From positions 4,052,244-4,116,243 of the forward strand of contig MU058463.1 of NCBI GenBank assembly GCA_013265495.1: 64,000 nucleotides of DNA, written 5' to 3'. Positions 13,800-27,479 of the stretch are shown here, piece after piece (the first letter of the stretch is position 1; each line of letters begins with the position of its first letter). Origin of the DNA: Vicugna vicugna (lineage: Eukaryota). The notes under the pieces are model-generated. The model did not search any database. It saw nothing but the letters and a program-made list of their open reading frames with translations, and had not been told where the DNA came from. Both the position numbers and the translations under genes were made by a program.

Positions 13800-14340
13800 A
13801 GACCCTGAGTTCAGCACTAGAAATATAGTATCAAACCAGAAATCTGAGATATCTCTCAGATATCCTAGTGAACATACCAAGTAAACAACTAGATGCTCAT
13901 TGTCTGGAACTCAGGGGACAAGTCAATAGAAATATCGTTTGAACATAGTTTGCATTTAAAGACACGGAACCATATGAAAGATGAGCTGAGAAGAGAATGC
14001 AAATGAGAAAGAGAAGTTAGCAAAGGATCAGAGCTGGGACTTGCCAAAATTTCAAAGTCAAAACTAGGAAGAAGCTGCATTAAAGACTGTGAAGCAGTGG
14101 CCAGTGAGGTAGATATGAAACCTCAGGAGAGTGGGTATTGGTGGGACTTTTTTAATGTAACTGAGAAGTAAATTAAAATTTGTCTTTGGATTGAAAAACT
14201 TGTTGGCTATTTATATACTCAGTAGGAAATACATCAGTAAAACGAGAGAAATATAAGGACTGTTAGAGTGAGGTGAGAGAATGGAGAGTCAGGAAGGAGA
14301 CTCAGAATGAATTTAGATAGCTGTTTAGAAGAGTTTTCAT
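13800..14340 (-). mobile_element. L2 LINE fragment
   Basis: purine-rich antisense L2 (gtctggaactcaggggacaagtc…, gtggccagtgaggtag…). Confidence 0.55.
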
Positions 14341-14559
14341 GTGACACATAACAGAAGTGAGGCAGTGGCAGAAGAATACCTATTTTTGTGATACAAAATT
14401 ATATGATACATAAGTTGCTTTATAATCAAAATGGAAAAGATGAAAATAAAGTTAAAAATTTCATGATTTTTATAGATGATTGAACATTTTTTACTTTTAC
14501 AGTAGTTGAGAATAAAAGACATTATTATTGCATTTCCCCAGTTCTCACCCACAAATGTC

Positions 14560-14700
14560 CATCTATATCTCCTCCCTCTGGGACTACCCTTCCCACTTTC
14601 TTCTTTCTTTTTTCCCTTCTCTTTCTCTACTCTTTTCTTCCTTCTCTGTTCCCTTCTTTCTACCTGCTGCCTTCCATCCTTCCCGGTTCCTTTGTTCCTA
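14560..14700. repeat. CT-rich low-complexity (polypyrimidine/polypurine) tract
   Basis: ttcttcttctttttcccttctctttctctactcttttcttccttctctgttcccttc…. Confidence 0.75.
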
Positions 14701-14739
14701 CTTAACATTGATACATAAATGAGGAGGTGAGATATTTAT

Positions 14740-15350
14740 ATTCCACTCATATGAAGAAAATTGATACAACCTTTTTGGAGGATATTTGTCAACTATTCAA
14801 ATTTTATGTGCATATACCTTTGCTGTAGCAATTTTTTATGTATACTTGAACAGATTTCCCCAAAATATATGTTATATGATTAACATAGCAGTGCTTGTGA
14901 TTGTAAAACCCAGAGCAACCAAAATGTCTGTCAGTGGGGAACTGGTTCTATAAGTAATGGTACATCCATTAATGGTACATACAATAGGAATGTATGTAGC
15001 TGTTAAAAAACAGCAACAAAGCAACAAAAAATTAAACCTCTATGTCCTGGCTAAGAAAGATACCCAACTTATACTAACTGAGAAAAGCAAGCTATAGAAG
15101 AGGGTCCCTTTTCTGTGGGGCCCTTTCTGTGAACATTATCTTATATTTGTATAAATGTATGTGTATGTGTGCACGTGTATGTATATTGACACACATGTAT
15201 GTACACTTATTTTTTGCACATGTTTCTAGACTAATACATAAGAAACTGTTGACACTCTATCTTTGGAAGGGGATGGTGACAGAATTTTTTATTCTACACT
15301 TCTGTATAATTTGAATATTTCCCTTTGAACATGTATTACTTTAGTAGTAG
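14740..15350 (+). mobile_element. Old L1 (L1ME-like) 3' end
   Basis: ttgatacaacctttttggagg…gcaaccaaaatgtctgtcagtgggg…taatggtacatccat: sense L1 3' region. Confidence 0.55.
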
Positions 15351-15868
15351 TATTTTAAAAATTAATTAAATTATCAAAGAAAATTCAATAAATAAAATAT
15401 GTTCTACATCAAGCAATAAAGGAGAAAATGGCTAAAGAATACAGTTATTTTCTTATGTTTTTCTGTACGTAACTATTGTTTACTAAAGGAATAGCTCTTC
15501 TATAAGATACCCAAAATAGAAAGACAAATTCTGAATAATCGGTTCCTTCTTTCTTTTTTTTTTTTTCTTTTTGGTAAAAATATAATTACATTAAATTCAA
15601 ACATACACATTTATGTACTTAAATATAGTATATGTCTTTTGAAAATCACTTGATGGATGGCTTTTGAATACTTCCTTGAGAATTACAGCTTATATTCACA
15701 TTGAAAATAACATTTTAAAATTTAAATCACTGAGGTTTATGCAGAGTGATAATAGTTCTCTTCAATTTGGAATATCAAAATTGTGCAAAAATTGTGATGA
15801 ATGCAAAGGATTAGAAAGTTAAACTAAGTATTGATATATTTTAGTAAAATTTTTCATTTACGCAACAG

Positions 15869-15918
15869 GTAATGAATTAGAGGAAGATCTTGAAATTCTT
15901 GAAGAGGCTGCATTACAG
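15869..15918 (+). CDS. MYCBP2: MYCBP2 short exon (GNELEEDLEILEEAALQ)
   Basis: aacag|GTAAT acceptor; CAG|gtattg donor; 50 nt, phase 1-0, needed to bridge the neighbouring phases. Confidence 0.93.
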
Positions 15919-16519
15919 GTATTGTCCTCAAAACTATAAGGATAAACTTTGTACATTAATTTTAAGCAGTATGTTCCTTCAGATCAACCTTATTTTTCTT
16001 GAACATTAAGTATTTCATTTCCTAATTGGCAGTTATAAAGATAAATAAATCATAATTTCTCCCCTTGTTGGGAGAGACCCCTGCAAACCCTTGCTGTGCT
16101 GCATGGTGGATGTGCTGGGGTGAGACATGAGTCCTGCTGGAGGAAGAACAGCTGCCAAGTGCCAGGGGTGCAAGGGAAGGTTCTGCTGAGCTGTGGACAT
16201 TGAAAGTGGATCTTGAAAGAAGTTTTATTTACCAGTTAGAAAGAAGGGGAAAAAGTGTTAATAGTAGTAATTTAAATAATATCTGTAGAGCACTTTATAG
16301 TTTCCCATATCTTTGACATTAATTCTCTGTTTTTGGAATTACACTTTGAGGTGAGGTCAATATTTTCTCTTGTATCTTACAATTATAATAACTTAAGAGA
16401 AGTTTTGTGATTCATCTAAGAATTCAGCTAATTGGGAGATAACAGCTAGCATCCAGATCTTCTAAAACCTACAGCTAGTAATTTATATTTTATTTATTTT
16501 CTGAAATGAATTGATCATG

Positions 16520-16725
16520 ACAGTAATAATAAAAACAAATGTGTATTTGATCTTAACTTGTTCAATTACTATTCCAAACACTTTGCATATTTTTAACGCA
16601 TTTAGTCCTCACAACAACCCTAGGAATTAGAGACTCTTACCTCTATGTATAGGTAAGGAGGTGAGGCACTGATCTCTGGCAGTTTGGTGACAAAGTCTGT
16701 GATCTTGATCACTGTGCTCTAAACA
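16520..16725 (-). mobile_element. MIR SINE
   Basis: catttagtcctcacaacaaccctagg…aggtaaggaggtgaggcac. Confidence 0.6.
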
Positions 16726-17079
16726 TAGGGAGCCATGGTGTCCTCGATGCTGTTAAGAAACTTCTGTGTTTCAAAAACCCACCAGCTTTTGTTTCTGTCT
16801 TTTTCTTATAAAAAAGGTTAAATCTCTGTATCTCAAGATACAAAAATAAAGAATAATTCAACAAATATTAAATAAACATGTTACGTGTCAGATAACATTC
16901 CAGTTAAAGAAAACCATCAAGTAGCTCATGTTATCATTACAAGGATATTATGGCTTACAGAATGTCATTTAGGCCACATATAAAGAGATCTTTATTGTGC
17001 TGCTGTTAAAGAAAAAAGAAAATAAAGTCCCAAATTACCCACCTTTTTGGCATGTAAGGTAGTTGTTGTCATGGTCTGA

Positions 17080-17310
17080 CATATATTAATTACCTACTAC
17101 TTGTTAGGCAGTGTAGTGAGCACTTAAATGTGTTATTCAATTTAAATTTTCTAATAATCATAGAAGAGAGATATTATTTGATCACCAGTTTATACATTTT
17201 GCTGATTCAGGAATGGTCTGTAACTTGTTAGCTCAAGAGCAGGCAGCAATAATTTGTCCAAAATCACGGTCTGAACTCAAGTCTGTTTGATTTGAAAGAT
17301 CCTGATTTTT
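17080..17310 (-). mobile_element. MIR SINE (degenerate)
   Basis: acctactacttgttaggcagtg…tctgaactcaagtctgtttga. Confidence 0.5.
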
Positions 17311-18022
17311 AAATTGGATAGCTTGTAAAATGCAGAAGTCACTGTTATAGGACCTGATAGAACTGGAAGTATAATCCTTTTCTATAAAAATATTTTGTTT
17401 TGGTATTTATTATACAGTTATTTAAAAGTATGTATAAAGTTTCAGCACTTAAAGCAGGTCTTTCCAAAATTTGAGGCTTGCTTGTCATATAGGTGAGAAC
17501 TAAAATTTCACTTTTACCTGCCTTTTTTCCTTAACTTTAATAAGGCGTACACAAGCTAATGTGCAGCCACAATCAGGCTTCCAGCCACTTTTTGCCCAAG
17601 TCAGGACCTTGGTATACCCAGTCGCCCAAGAGAGCAGACACAACCTCCTCATGATAGTTGCCTGTAATGGGGACGGAAAAAGGGAGCCTTCCGCGTCTGT
17701 CTACAGAAGGGAGCCCTGGCCCTGACAAATGAGGATGTGACCCAGGTAGAGAGCTTGAGTGGGAGGAGATGTACCATTGCATCTATCGGGCAGATCTCTG
17801 ATTAATCACTTATCACTTGTTTTTGTCGGAGGAAAGAGACTAGAAGTGTCATCTCATGTTTTTCGCAGGTTTTCTACTTTATAGACTGAAGGAGCACTGG
17901 GGGCATGGGGAGAAAATGATCTCCCCCAGAAGACCTATCTAAAATTGGGTGCAAGTTCAAACACTTCATGTAATTAAAGTTTTATATTTTAAAATATATA
18001 AATGTTCTCTTTTACCCAACAG

Positions 18023-18195
18023 GTGTGCAAAACCCATTCTGGTATTCTTGGAAAGGGTTTAGCTCTTTCTCACTCACCAACTATATTGGAGGCGCTCGAA
18101 GGAAACTTACCACTGCAAATCCAAAGCAACGAGCAGTCCTTTTTGGATGATTTTATTGCTTGTGTTCCAGGATCAAGTGGTGGAAGGCTTGCGAG
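18023..18195 (+). CDS. MYCBP2: MYCBP2 exon (VCKTHSGILGKGLALSHSPT…GSSGGRLAR)
   Basis: caacag|GTG acceptor; GAG|gtaatg donor; 173 nt, phase 0-2. Confidence 0.95.
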
Positions 18196-19475
18196 GTAAT
18201 GTTCTTCAAGTACTATAATGACTTTCTCTCAGGGCTTGCCTCAGTCTTCAATTCTGAAGAGGAATGAGAGGGGAATCATTAGGATGTTAAAATGCTGCGT
18301 AAAATGCTCTAGTTTATGTGTTTTGGACATGCTGAAACATAAAATGGTAGTTAATATTTCAAAATATTTAAAAAATATATGATAGTTGTTAATTGACTGT
18401 TTTAATATTTTCTGGGTGCTTTTATTTAAAAATAAGTGGAACACATGGTGTAATTGAGAAGTCTGTGTATCTGATATTAATATTTAATATCTATCCTAAA
18501 CTCTTAGATTTATCACTATATTTTATTTCAATATGAAGTTTTTTCAAATCTGCAATTAATGCAAATATAAGTTTAGAGTTTAAATCAGATCATTTGAGGT
18601 TGTAGAGTTCTCATTTATTTTGTTGCTGTATTTTTTTTTTATGATGAAAAGAACAAATATGCTGGCTTGTGTGACTTTACTAGAAATATAGAAATCTAGA
18701 CTCTTTCTGGCTTTAATTTTAAAAATACAGAGATTACTCTGTAGTTTTTAAAAACCAAAATCATGATGGAGAAGAACAGAAAATCTTTTAAGTCAGCCTC
18801 ACTGATTTCTTTGTGGACATTTTTATGTAAAGCATGACAGAGTTACTTATTACTCATCTCATAGGACAGCCTAAATGTAGATTATGGAGGCAATTCAGGC
18901 ATGGATATCACAAAGCATAGAAAATTGGTAAGATTACATGGAAGGGAAAGTAATGAAGGGAGATAATTAAGGAACTGTTTAAAGAAAGAGAAGATAGGTG
19001 ATGTATCTTTAACCTGCCTGCTCTCCACCAGGCAGAATGTCACTTCTGTCCCTGTTTTGACAGAGAGGCTGCTCTTTCCCAGGTTTTCAGGTTGGCAGAC
19101 TTCTGTAAGGCAGACCTCCCTCAGTGAGGATGAGTGTATTTTGGACTTCAAAGTATCCACGACCTAAATTCATTTTCTTGGTTATTTTGAATCAGCCATA
19201 GTTAAGTTTCAAATTTCCCGATTTTAAGATTATTTCTGTTCTGTTTGTAATCATCAGAGATCTCATGTGCTTCAGCATATTTTTTAATTAATTTATCATT
19301 AATAATTTCCAAGGGGGACACTTGTGGTCATTATCACTGAATTGGAAATGAAGATACCATCTTAGCATTTTGTTTGATAGAAGTTTTATTCTTTTAGCTT
19401 AATTTCATGTTAATCATTGAAGATGTTGATTAATGTTTGGCTTTTTGTTTGCTTGTTTTTTTTCATTACTTCTAG

Positions 19476-19620
19476 GTGGCTTCAGCCAGATTCCTATGCT
19501 GATCCTCAGAAAACATCTTTGATTCTGAATAAGGATGATATTCGTTGTGGTTGGCCTACTACCATAACTGTTCAAACAAAAGACCAGTATGGGGATGTGG
19601 TACATGTTCCCAATATGAAG
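19476..19620 (+). CDS. MYCBP2: MYCBP2 exon (WLQPDSYADPQKTSLILNKDDIRCGWPTTITVQTKDQYGDVVHVPNMK), start of filamin-type Ig repeat
   Basis: ttctag|GTGG acceptor; AAG|gtaatt donor; 145 nt, phase 2-0. Confidence 0.95.
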
Positions 19621-22600
19621 GTAATTATATCAGAATTAAATTAGTAGACACCTATACACAGACTGTTCTAACTAGTAAAATTTTAGAAACGGCAAGTGCT
19701 TAGAGTCCATTTGCAGTACCCTCTTTACATATATGTAATGGAAGAAGCTGAAAATTGTTTAAATGACTTGTTCATATTAATCATTAGTCAATTTCCAAGT
19801 TGCATACATTTTTAGTTTGTTTTTTACATTTTGCTAGGTGCTCTGGTGATTCAAAGGAAGGATAAGGAAGTATCCATACAAAGAGTGCTGAGCACATGGG
19901 AGGAAGGCCATCAGTACATAAAAGATTGAATAAATCAGTGAAAGAATACATTTTAAAATTTTGTATATATATTTTTTAAAGACTCAAATACATTTTGCAT
20001 TTGGTACTATTGAAATAACATTTAAAATATAATATTGTTACTTATTAAATAAATTAGAAATATATACATTTGGATTGTAAAGAATGATGAATGGAACTAC
20101 CCATGTGCTGTATTGAAGAATATAGCTCTTTGGATAACTCTTCCTTGAGACATTAATTAATAGTGACATTTCAGAGCATATTATAATGCATAAAATTAAG
20201 TCCTTTGTGATACAATCTATTAATTCAGTATCTTATTTAAAACTTTTATTATATTTCTAAAGACAGTCAATATTGAATGAAAATTTATATAGGCAATCTG
20301 CAGCCGCTCCTAACCCTAAGTTGTATTACAGAGTGATTTGGTTGTTTGGGGCTTAGAGTTGATTAACCTACAAAATCTTTTCTACTCATAGAAGTACTGA
20401 TTTTACCTCAGTATTGCATTTAATAGAACTATTTCAATTAGTTGGTACATTATTTGATTTATACCCTGGAAGTACAATGACTTCTTACTTGACTCATAGT
20501 GGAAAAAAAAAAAAAAGACAAGAGACATATAGTTCACGTCTTACAACTAGTAAGGAAAACTGTATGGAAAAGCGTTTGACCCTGATAACTAAACAAAAAT
20601 CAAACTTTCCCAGTGCCTTTCAAGGTTTTGGCCATCACCACCAGCAAGGACTTATATCATGATGCAGACATACATATATAGGATAGAATAGTATATGCTC
20701 TTAATTACATTCAGTATATAAAATACATATTCATACAATATGCCACACTCATATTTTCTCTTCTATCTTACTTTTTTAAGGACGATCAAACTCCATCAAA
20801 GTGATTCCATGCCCTTAATAATTACTGTATGTAATGCAAAAAGCATCACAAGCTATAAGAAAAAAATTGAATAGATAAGAAAATAATTCTGATAGTGATA
20901 CAAAAAATGACTCCACCCAAAGATAGAATTTTGACCACAATTTTCATTAATATGTTAAGGGGTTTGTGTATTTACTGATGAATTTCTCTCTTACATGTAT
21001 ATAGTGAGTTGTTAAATCCAGTCTTTGAGCTCACAGTAAGTTCCTTATTCACGTGACTACATTGTAATAACCATTTTCCATGTCAGCATAACATTTCATT
21101 TCTTTTTAATGTTCATGCTGTTATGCTTAACTTTAGTTGTATTTTCCGGTGATTCCTCCTTTGCACCTTTTGTTGTCTGTTACTCCGTTTTGGTATCTGG
21201 GTTGTTTACATCTTACATTTCAGAGTCAGACTTTATGCTTTATCTTTTGTTCTCCTCCTTCTTTAAGTTCTTGTCTTAGCAGCATGAGCTCTCTCTCTCT
21301 TTACTTCCTCTTTTTTTCTATATATTTTGCTTCATGTCCTCCTTCCCCCTAAACCTGTTACTACTCAGTATGCTCAAGTTCATATCAGAATTATCTCTAA
21401 TTTAGAAGCCATATCTAGGAAACTCTAGTAAACACTATTTAGGAAAAGTGATTTGCATACATATTGATGTTTAATTTATTAATACCACATTATCACGTTA
21501 GCCGAAAACAAAATTAATTTAATGTTTTATTTTCCTCCTGATAGACAGCACATGAAGGTTTAGGAGCATTTTAAACTTATAAAAATTACTGAAGTATCTT
21601 TATGTAGTAATAACCAGTTATTTGAAACATTAAAGATAGTTTGCAGCTAATATTTCAGTGAGATCCAAGATACTTTGATAGCAGCAAGGGTTTGGGTGTT
21701 TTTCGGGTTTTTTTTTTTTAACTTATAAAATGATTATTCGAAGGAAATCTTATTTTGTGAAAAGAGAAAGTCACATAGAAAATAAAAGAACAAATTTTAC
21801 AAAGAAGCACAGTTTATAAAAGCAGAATGGTTATCATTTTACATCTCAATATTCTTAGAGTATAAAATTATTCAGTCACTTATTTAAAGGTTCATAGTAT
21901 ATAGGTACATGTACTTCCAATGTTAATTTACTTAGCATAAATATAGTTGCTTACAGAAAGATTAAATCAAAATAGTGTGTATAAAAATAGTGGCTATAAT
22001 TTAAAATTAAATGTCATAAAATTTGGAAGCATTTACTTTTTTTTCTTTTTATTACATTTAAGTTTAAAATTTTTAATGGTGGCAGTGAATATGAGTTGAA
22101 GAATTTTACTATATATTTTTAAACTTATGTGTTTTAAATGTAAGATGGGTTTTTAATATTTCTAGAGCATTATGTTAATCCAAAGACTGTTCTCTCATAG
22201 CCCCAGCTAAAGTTTGTGGTTATTTAGTGGAACGCATTTGTTAACTCTACTTAACTTTATGTGGGTAGTGAGAGTCTCAAGTTACTGACTCCCTAGAATG
22301 GCATTAGAGCAATAAACATTAAAGACATGTCACATTTCTGGGATGTCTCTCAATTACTTAAGTAATATTGTCACTTTCATTTATGCTACCATTTCTATTT
22401 CTGTGAAGATCTTATTGTTGAATTGCCTGTTCTTGCCAGCCACAAGTAGTGTCTGAAAAGGACAGAAGAAACTTAGAGTGAATCTCAGAATGATGATACC
22501 TGAGATCAAGAGCTAAAGTGGTATTTAAATTGTTTGTAATTTTGTGGCTGCCTAAGGAGCAAGTGTTTTTTGGCCAATGCATAAGCAAACAAATAAAAGT

Positions 22601-23349
22601 AAGATGTTTTGTTATAATTCCTGGAAAGTATTTCTGAGTATTGTTTGTGAGACAGTGTATATTTTCAGTGCGTTAACATACCTTAGGAAATGCGTTCTTT
22701 TGCATCTCTGTAGTAGAGTAGATAAAAGATACTCCCATTTTATCGTTGAAGAAAAAGAGTTGGAAAGTTTAATTGGATTGCTTAGATCTCGTAACACATA
22801 TTGGTGACAGAGCTGTCTAATAGTACTCTTTCTGCAGAATAGGTAAATATCTTTAAGTTTTAAATATTAGGTTTGTTTTATTATGTTAATTTCCAGGACA
22901 TCTAGCAGTGGAGTACTTTTTCTTCTGCAGAACAGTATAGCTAAAATTGAGAATAGTGCTTTAGAACATGTGGAGATTGCTGGAAAGTATTTATACTAGA
23001 ATTACTGGATAAAATAATTTAATGTTAGTCCCTGCAAGAATTGAATGTTGATTCATTTTACTATCCTCTTCTGTACTTTATTAATGGTTACATTTGTTTT
23101 TATTTTGTGTTTTGATATCTCTAATTATTTATTCCACAAAACAAGGCCTCTCTTTTACACTGTGTTCAGGATCCGTGTTGAGGTGGAACCGTCTTGATCA
23201 TTATGGCACTGTTAAGTAATCTTTGAAAAGAATTTTCAAGAGGGACAACACTTATAGAATTATAAGTTCATAATTATAAATTGCTTCTTTTGATGTGTCA
23301 TGGACAATTATGTAATAATAGCATTTGGTTTTTTTAATATCATGGTTAG

Positions 23350-23565
23350 GTGGAAGTGAAAGCTGTTCCTGTTTCTCAGAAAAAAACATCTTTACAACAA
23401 GAGCAGGTAAAGAAAGCTCAGAGGATTCCTGGCAGTCCCGCAGTAACAGCTCCTTCTTCTAATACTGACATGACTTTTGGCGGGCTGGCATCACCAAAGC
23501 TGGATGTTTCATATGAACCAATGATAGTGAAAGAGGCTCGATATATTGCCATAACAATGATGAAG
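23350..23565 (+). CDS. MYCBP2: MYCBP2 exon (VEVKAVPVSQKKTSLQQEQ…EARYIAITMMK)
   Basis: gttag|GTG acceptor; AAG|gtaatt donor; 216 nt, phase 0-0. Confidence 0.95.
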
Positions 23566-24099
23566 GTAATTTATTTTGCTTATCAGAAAAAAATGTATTT
23601 TTCACATTCATTTAATAAACATTTCAGTGATTCAAACTCAGACACAAAAATCACAGGTCTGGAGAGCTGTTGATAGCTGTAAAACTAATGTAAAACTTGC
23701 AACATATTTTTAAGAGTGATATTTTCCCTACAGAAGATTTTCACTTGTTCTTGGCAGAAGTCTATTGAGGATTTTCAATTATAGATCAAGTTAATCCAAT
23801 GAGAGATTGAGATGGTTGGAAACTGGATTTCAGTTCCTGCAAAAGTACTTGTCTATTTTTGATGTATCATTACTCCCAGGACATAGCTCTTCAGGGATTC
23901 AGAGTTTACCTAGGCTCCCTTCAATTTAGGATTCTTCCAAATACTAGCCTCATTTCTTTGGATTTCTTATTTCTTTAGGCTTTTTAGCCCTTTGATGCCT
24001 TTAGGCAGATTTTTAAATATATTTTGTCCAGCTTTTTTAGTTCTCTTTAGAGACAATGTTAGTCTAAATTATCAAGACGAAATAGAAGTTAGGAATTAT

Positions 24100-24870
24100 G
24101 CTATTGTCAGAGAGTAGTGGTAAGCCATTGACGGCTTTCACTTGGAGGAATGGCATGGTTAGATTTGTGTTTTATAAAAGTCATGGTGGAATGTGGAGAA
24201 TGCAATTGGGCAGATAATCAAGAGATACGGTTTGGTTTAAGTCTCTTTAGGAGATTGTTGACTGAATCTGGTCTTCAGATATGCTAATCTCTTGATCTAG
24301 TGAGTTGTCAATCAGAGTAGATTCAAGAGGTATTTAGGATAAATAAGGCTTGGTGGCTAACGAGGGGATGGGGTAAAGAGAAAGAGGCAGGAAATAAAAA
24401 CTTAACTTCACGTTTTGGGCTTGAGTAGTGAGACTGATCACACTGAAGCAGCGGCAGGTTTTGGTTGAGGTTGATGATAGATTGAGCTCTTGACGTGATG
24501 AGGTGTAGATGTCTCTGAAATGTCCATGTGAAGATACATAAAAACAAGTTGGATATGTAAACCTGAATTGATCGCAGTCTTACCTCAATAAAAGAATTTG
24601 AGAATCATCATCATTTGGATTACTTATGAAGTTAAAGAAATCGATTATCTATCTAACATGGTGAGTGAAGAGAGAAGTTCCAGGACAGGATCCTGGGAAC
24701 ACCAGTATCAGTGATTCTCAAACCTTTGTCTACATCAAAGTCATCTGGGACACATTTTAAAAAGGATATTTTCCCATCATCCAAAGATTTAGATTTAGTA
24801 AATCTGAAGAGAGGTTCAAGAATTTGCATATAAAATAAATATGCAGAATGATTCACTTTCAAAATCTGTA
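24100..24870 (-). mobile_element. L2 fragment followed by a MER5A-like element (~24709-24870)
   Basis: gaggaatggcatggttagatttgtgtttt…tgaaatgtccatgtgaagat (L2); cagtgattctcaaaccttt…catcaaagtcatctggg…caagaatttgcat (MER5A). Confidence 0.6.
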
Positions 24871-25019
24871 CTTTGAGACACATTGATTTACAAGGTAAAT
24901 AAAGAAAAGAAAAAAAAAGAAGTAAGGAAAAGGCAAACAACATTGGAAAGTATGCTAACCAAAGGGGGTAAGATGTAAACTAGGGCACCAGCTGTTACCT
25001 TTGCCACTTAGCCTACCGC

Positions 25020-25190
25020 ACTGCATATGGTAATTCATTTAATCCTAATAACAACCCTATAAATTACTGTTTTTTATTCGCATTTTATTTGTATGGAAAC
25101 TGAAGCACAGAGAGGTTAATAACTTGTCCAAGGGCACACAAATGACATGAAGTCTGATTCCAGATTTGATTTTCTAACTTCCCCCAACCA
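25020..25190 (-). mobile_element. MIR SINE
   Basis: tcatttaatcctaataacaaccctat…ggaaactgaagcacagagaggttaataacttgtccaagggcacac. Confidence 0.8.
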
Positions 25191-25899
25191 CCTTATGGCA
25201 TTTCTTGAAAGTCACAAAAGGCAGTTTAAGAAAGGTAAACAATGTGATGCTACAGAAGTGAAATTTTGGAAAGGATCTTGCAACAACAGATTCATCAGTG
25301 ATCTTGGCAAAAGGAACTTCAGAGGCACAGTCAGTTGATTAATTTGTAGGTGAAGAGGAAGTGAAAATAGCTAAAGACAAAATGAGTGTAGATAAGTCTT
25401 TCAAGTTGTTTAGTTATAAAAAGAAACAGGGGAAGTGGAATTGAGTGAAGACAGAGTCTGGGATTGAATAAAGAAAGACACGTTTTATTATTGATGAAGA
25501 GAAAATTGAGAGGAAGGGAATGCTGAAGATACTCTCAAGAGATAAAAATGGCATCTGTAGCTCAGGTGGAGAAATTGGCTGTAAACAGGAGTATTGCCTC
25601 TTTCACTCTACCAGGAGAGAGAAAGAGAAAATTAATAGTTGCTAATAAATTTGTAGTTGTCAGCCAAAAGAATTATTTATGATTGTTACATGTTTTAGAC
25701 TGAAGATGAGAGTGATGATTCTTAGCGTCACAATTTTGAAACGAAGGGAAAAAAGGAGATAGTCATTGTAGAAAATGAAAAGAAACTGATCAGAAAAGAT
25801 ATATCAGTCATCTTTGAGAAGTCAGTTGAAATTGAAGGTCCGTTATTAACAGTACAGTGTGAGTTGTATGAACATGAGTAAGATAAGCTCCTTTGGATT

Positions 25900-26545
25900 G
25901 ATTCTGCATGGACGTTGAGATACATATCTAGAAGTGGAATTGCTGGATTGTAGGACATGCCTGTCTTCAGCAGAATTAAATATTGCCAAAAATCACTTTC
26001 CAATCCACAGTGTATCAAAATGCGAGGTGCTTTATGTTCTCACCAGCGTTCGGTTCTTACCAACACAATTTGATGACCGCAGTATGATTATCTTGTTGTT
26101 TTAATTTCCATTTCCTTGATAGTTGAATACCTTTTCAATTGTTTATTGTCCCTTCAGAGTTCTCTCTTCAGTGACTTGTCTTTACTCACTTTCTGTTGTG
26201 TTGTTTCCCGCTTATGTATTGATTTGTTCTGTGTATACTGTGGATTCATACCCCTGTTTGGTTATATGAATTATAAATCCCCATCTTCCAGGTGAAGTCT
26301 TATCTTTGCCCTTTCTTTGGAATGTCTTTGTTTTGGAGAAATTAAAAACTTTAATGCTCAAAAGATGTTATCCTTTTTGCTTTCTGAATTTGTTAATGTT
26401 TTGTTTGTTACATCCTGGCTTTTAACACACCTAGAATTTATTTTTTGTAAATGGTGTGATGTAGGTAATTGAGTGTTCTTCTTTCTCTCCTATATGGATA
26501 ACCAGTTGTCTCAGCACCATTTATTGAATGTCTATCACTGCCATT
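25900..26545 (-). mobile_element. Old L1 fragment immediately upstream of the 56-nt exon
   Basis: tctagaagtggaattgctggattgtagg…tatggataaccagttgtctcagcaccatttattgaa. Confidence 0.7.
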
Positions 26546-26595
26546 AGTTAAGAATGTTTCTAATGATTTTGTGATTCGTGGTCTCTTTCTTAAAG

Positions 26596-26651
26596 GTTTA
26601 TGAAAACTACTCATTTGAAGAACTGCGTTTTGCATCACCAACTCCTAAGAG
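26596..26651 (+). CDS. MYCBP2: MYCBP2 short exon (VYENYSFEELRFASPTPKR), core of RAE1-binding GLEBS-like motif
   Basis: ttaaag|GTT acceptor; AGAG|gtgagg donor; 56 nt, phase 0-2; SxEELR motif. Confidence 0.94.
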
Positions 26652-27479
26652 GTGAGGATCATTTTCTAAAAGCATGGCGAAAACATGTGTTGTCAACTGC
26701 TTGCAGCTAAAATCACCCTGCATTCCAACTTTATTCTCCAAAAATAAATATTTTAGAGCATTTTAAAATTTCCAGTAGAGATTTACCACAGGTTTTATAG
26801 GATGTAGACGTGCAGTAGAATAGGTAGAGTGTATTTATACTGAACTGTAATATTGCTAATGCTACGTAGTACTAAGGTAGTACAGAAAGAATAACTAGTA
26901 TCTAAAAGTATGTAAAGTGGCTTGTTAAGCTTCGTTAAGTTAGGTTTTTTTGTTTTGTTTTGTTTTCCTGTTTACATTTCCCTCTCTCCTTCACCTAAGG
27001 AGAGGACGAGTGATTTCAGTGTATGTTGCACTTGTAGTTTTGGTTATGAGGTATTTAGTTTTAAGCTTCTGAGTAATTCTGTTAACTCCAGATTGAAGCA
27101 GATTTTTTTGGCTTACTATTTTATTTGCTTGTTAGGAGAAAGTACTTTTTAAAACAGTTGCTTAGAAAAAAATATTGATTGGATTGGATTGGATTGAGAG
27201 ACTACTTCCATAGAATTTAGGAAAAGTTCCAGAGTGAATCTGAAACAGCATAATTACTTACTTATACATTTCATTGTATTGTGTATCACATGACTTACTA
27301 GAAGTTAGAAGGTTACTATGGGCTTATTCTGACATGTATACAAAGTAGAGTTTTAATGGACAGCCCAGAAAGTTTTCTGTCAAAATAGCCACGTTTTGAG
27401 AATGCATCTTTGTCTAGGAATAGGGAAGTAGCATTTTGTGAATTACAGGGGAGCAAGTGGGAAGAGAGAGGTGAGTTAG

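Noticed and set aside
14337..14722. Overlapping Lys/Glu/Arg-rich and Phe/Ser/Leu-rich ORFs
   Set aside because: Artefacts of a CT-rich low-complexity tract
17545..17830. GC-richer non-repeat island with GATTAATCACTTATCA as an enhancer or hidden exon
   Set aside because: No phase-compatible splice pair or recognisable peptide; the motifs are short and expected by chance
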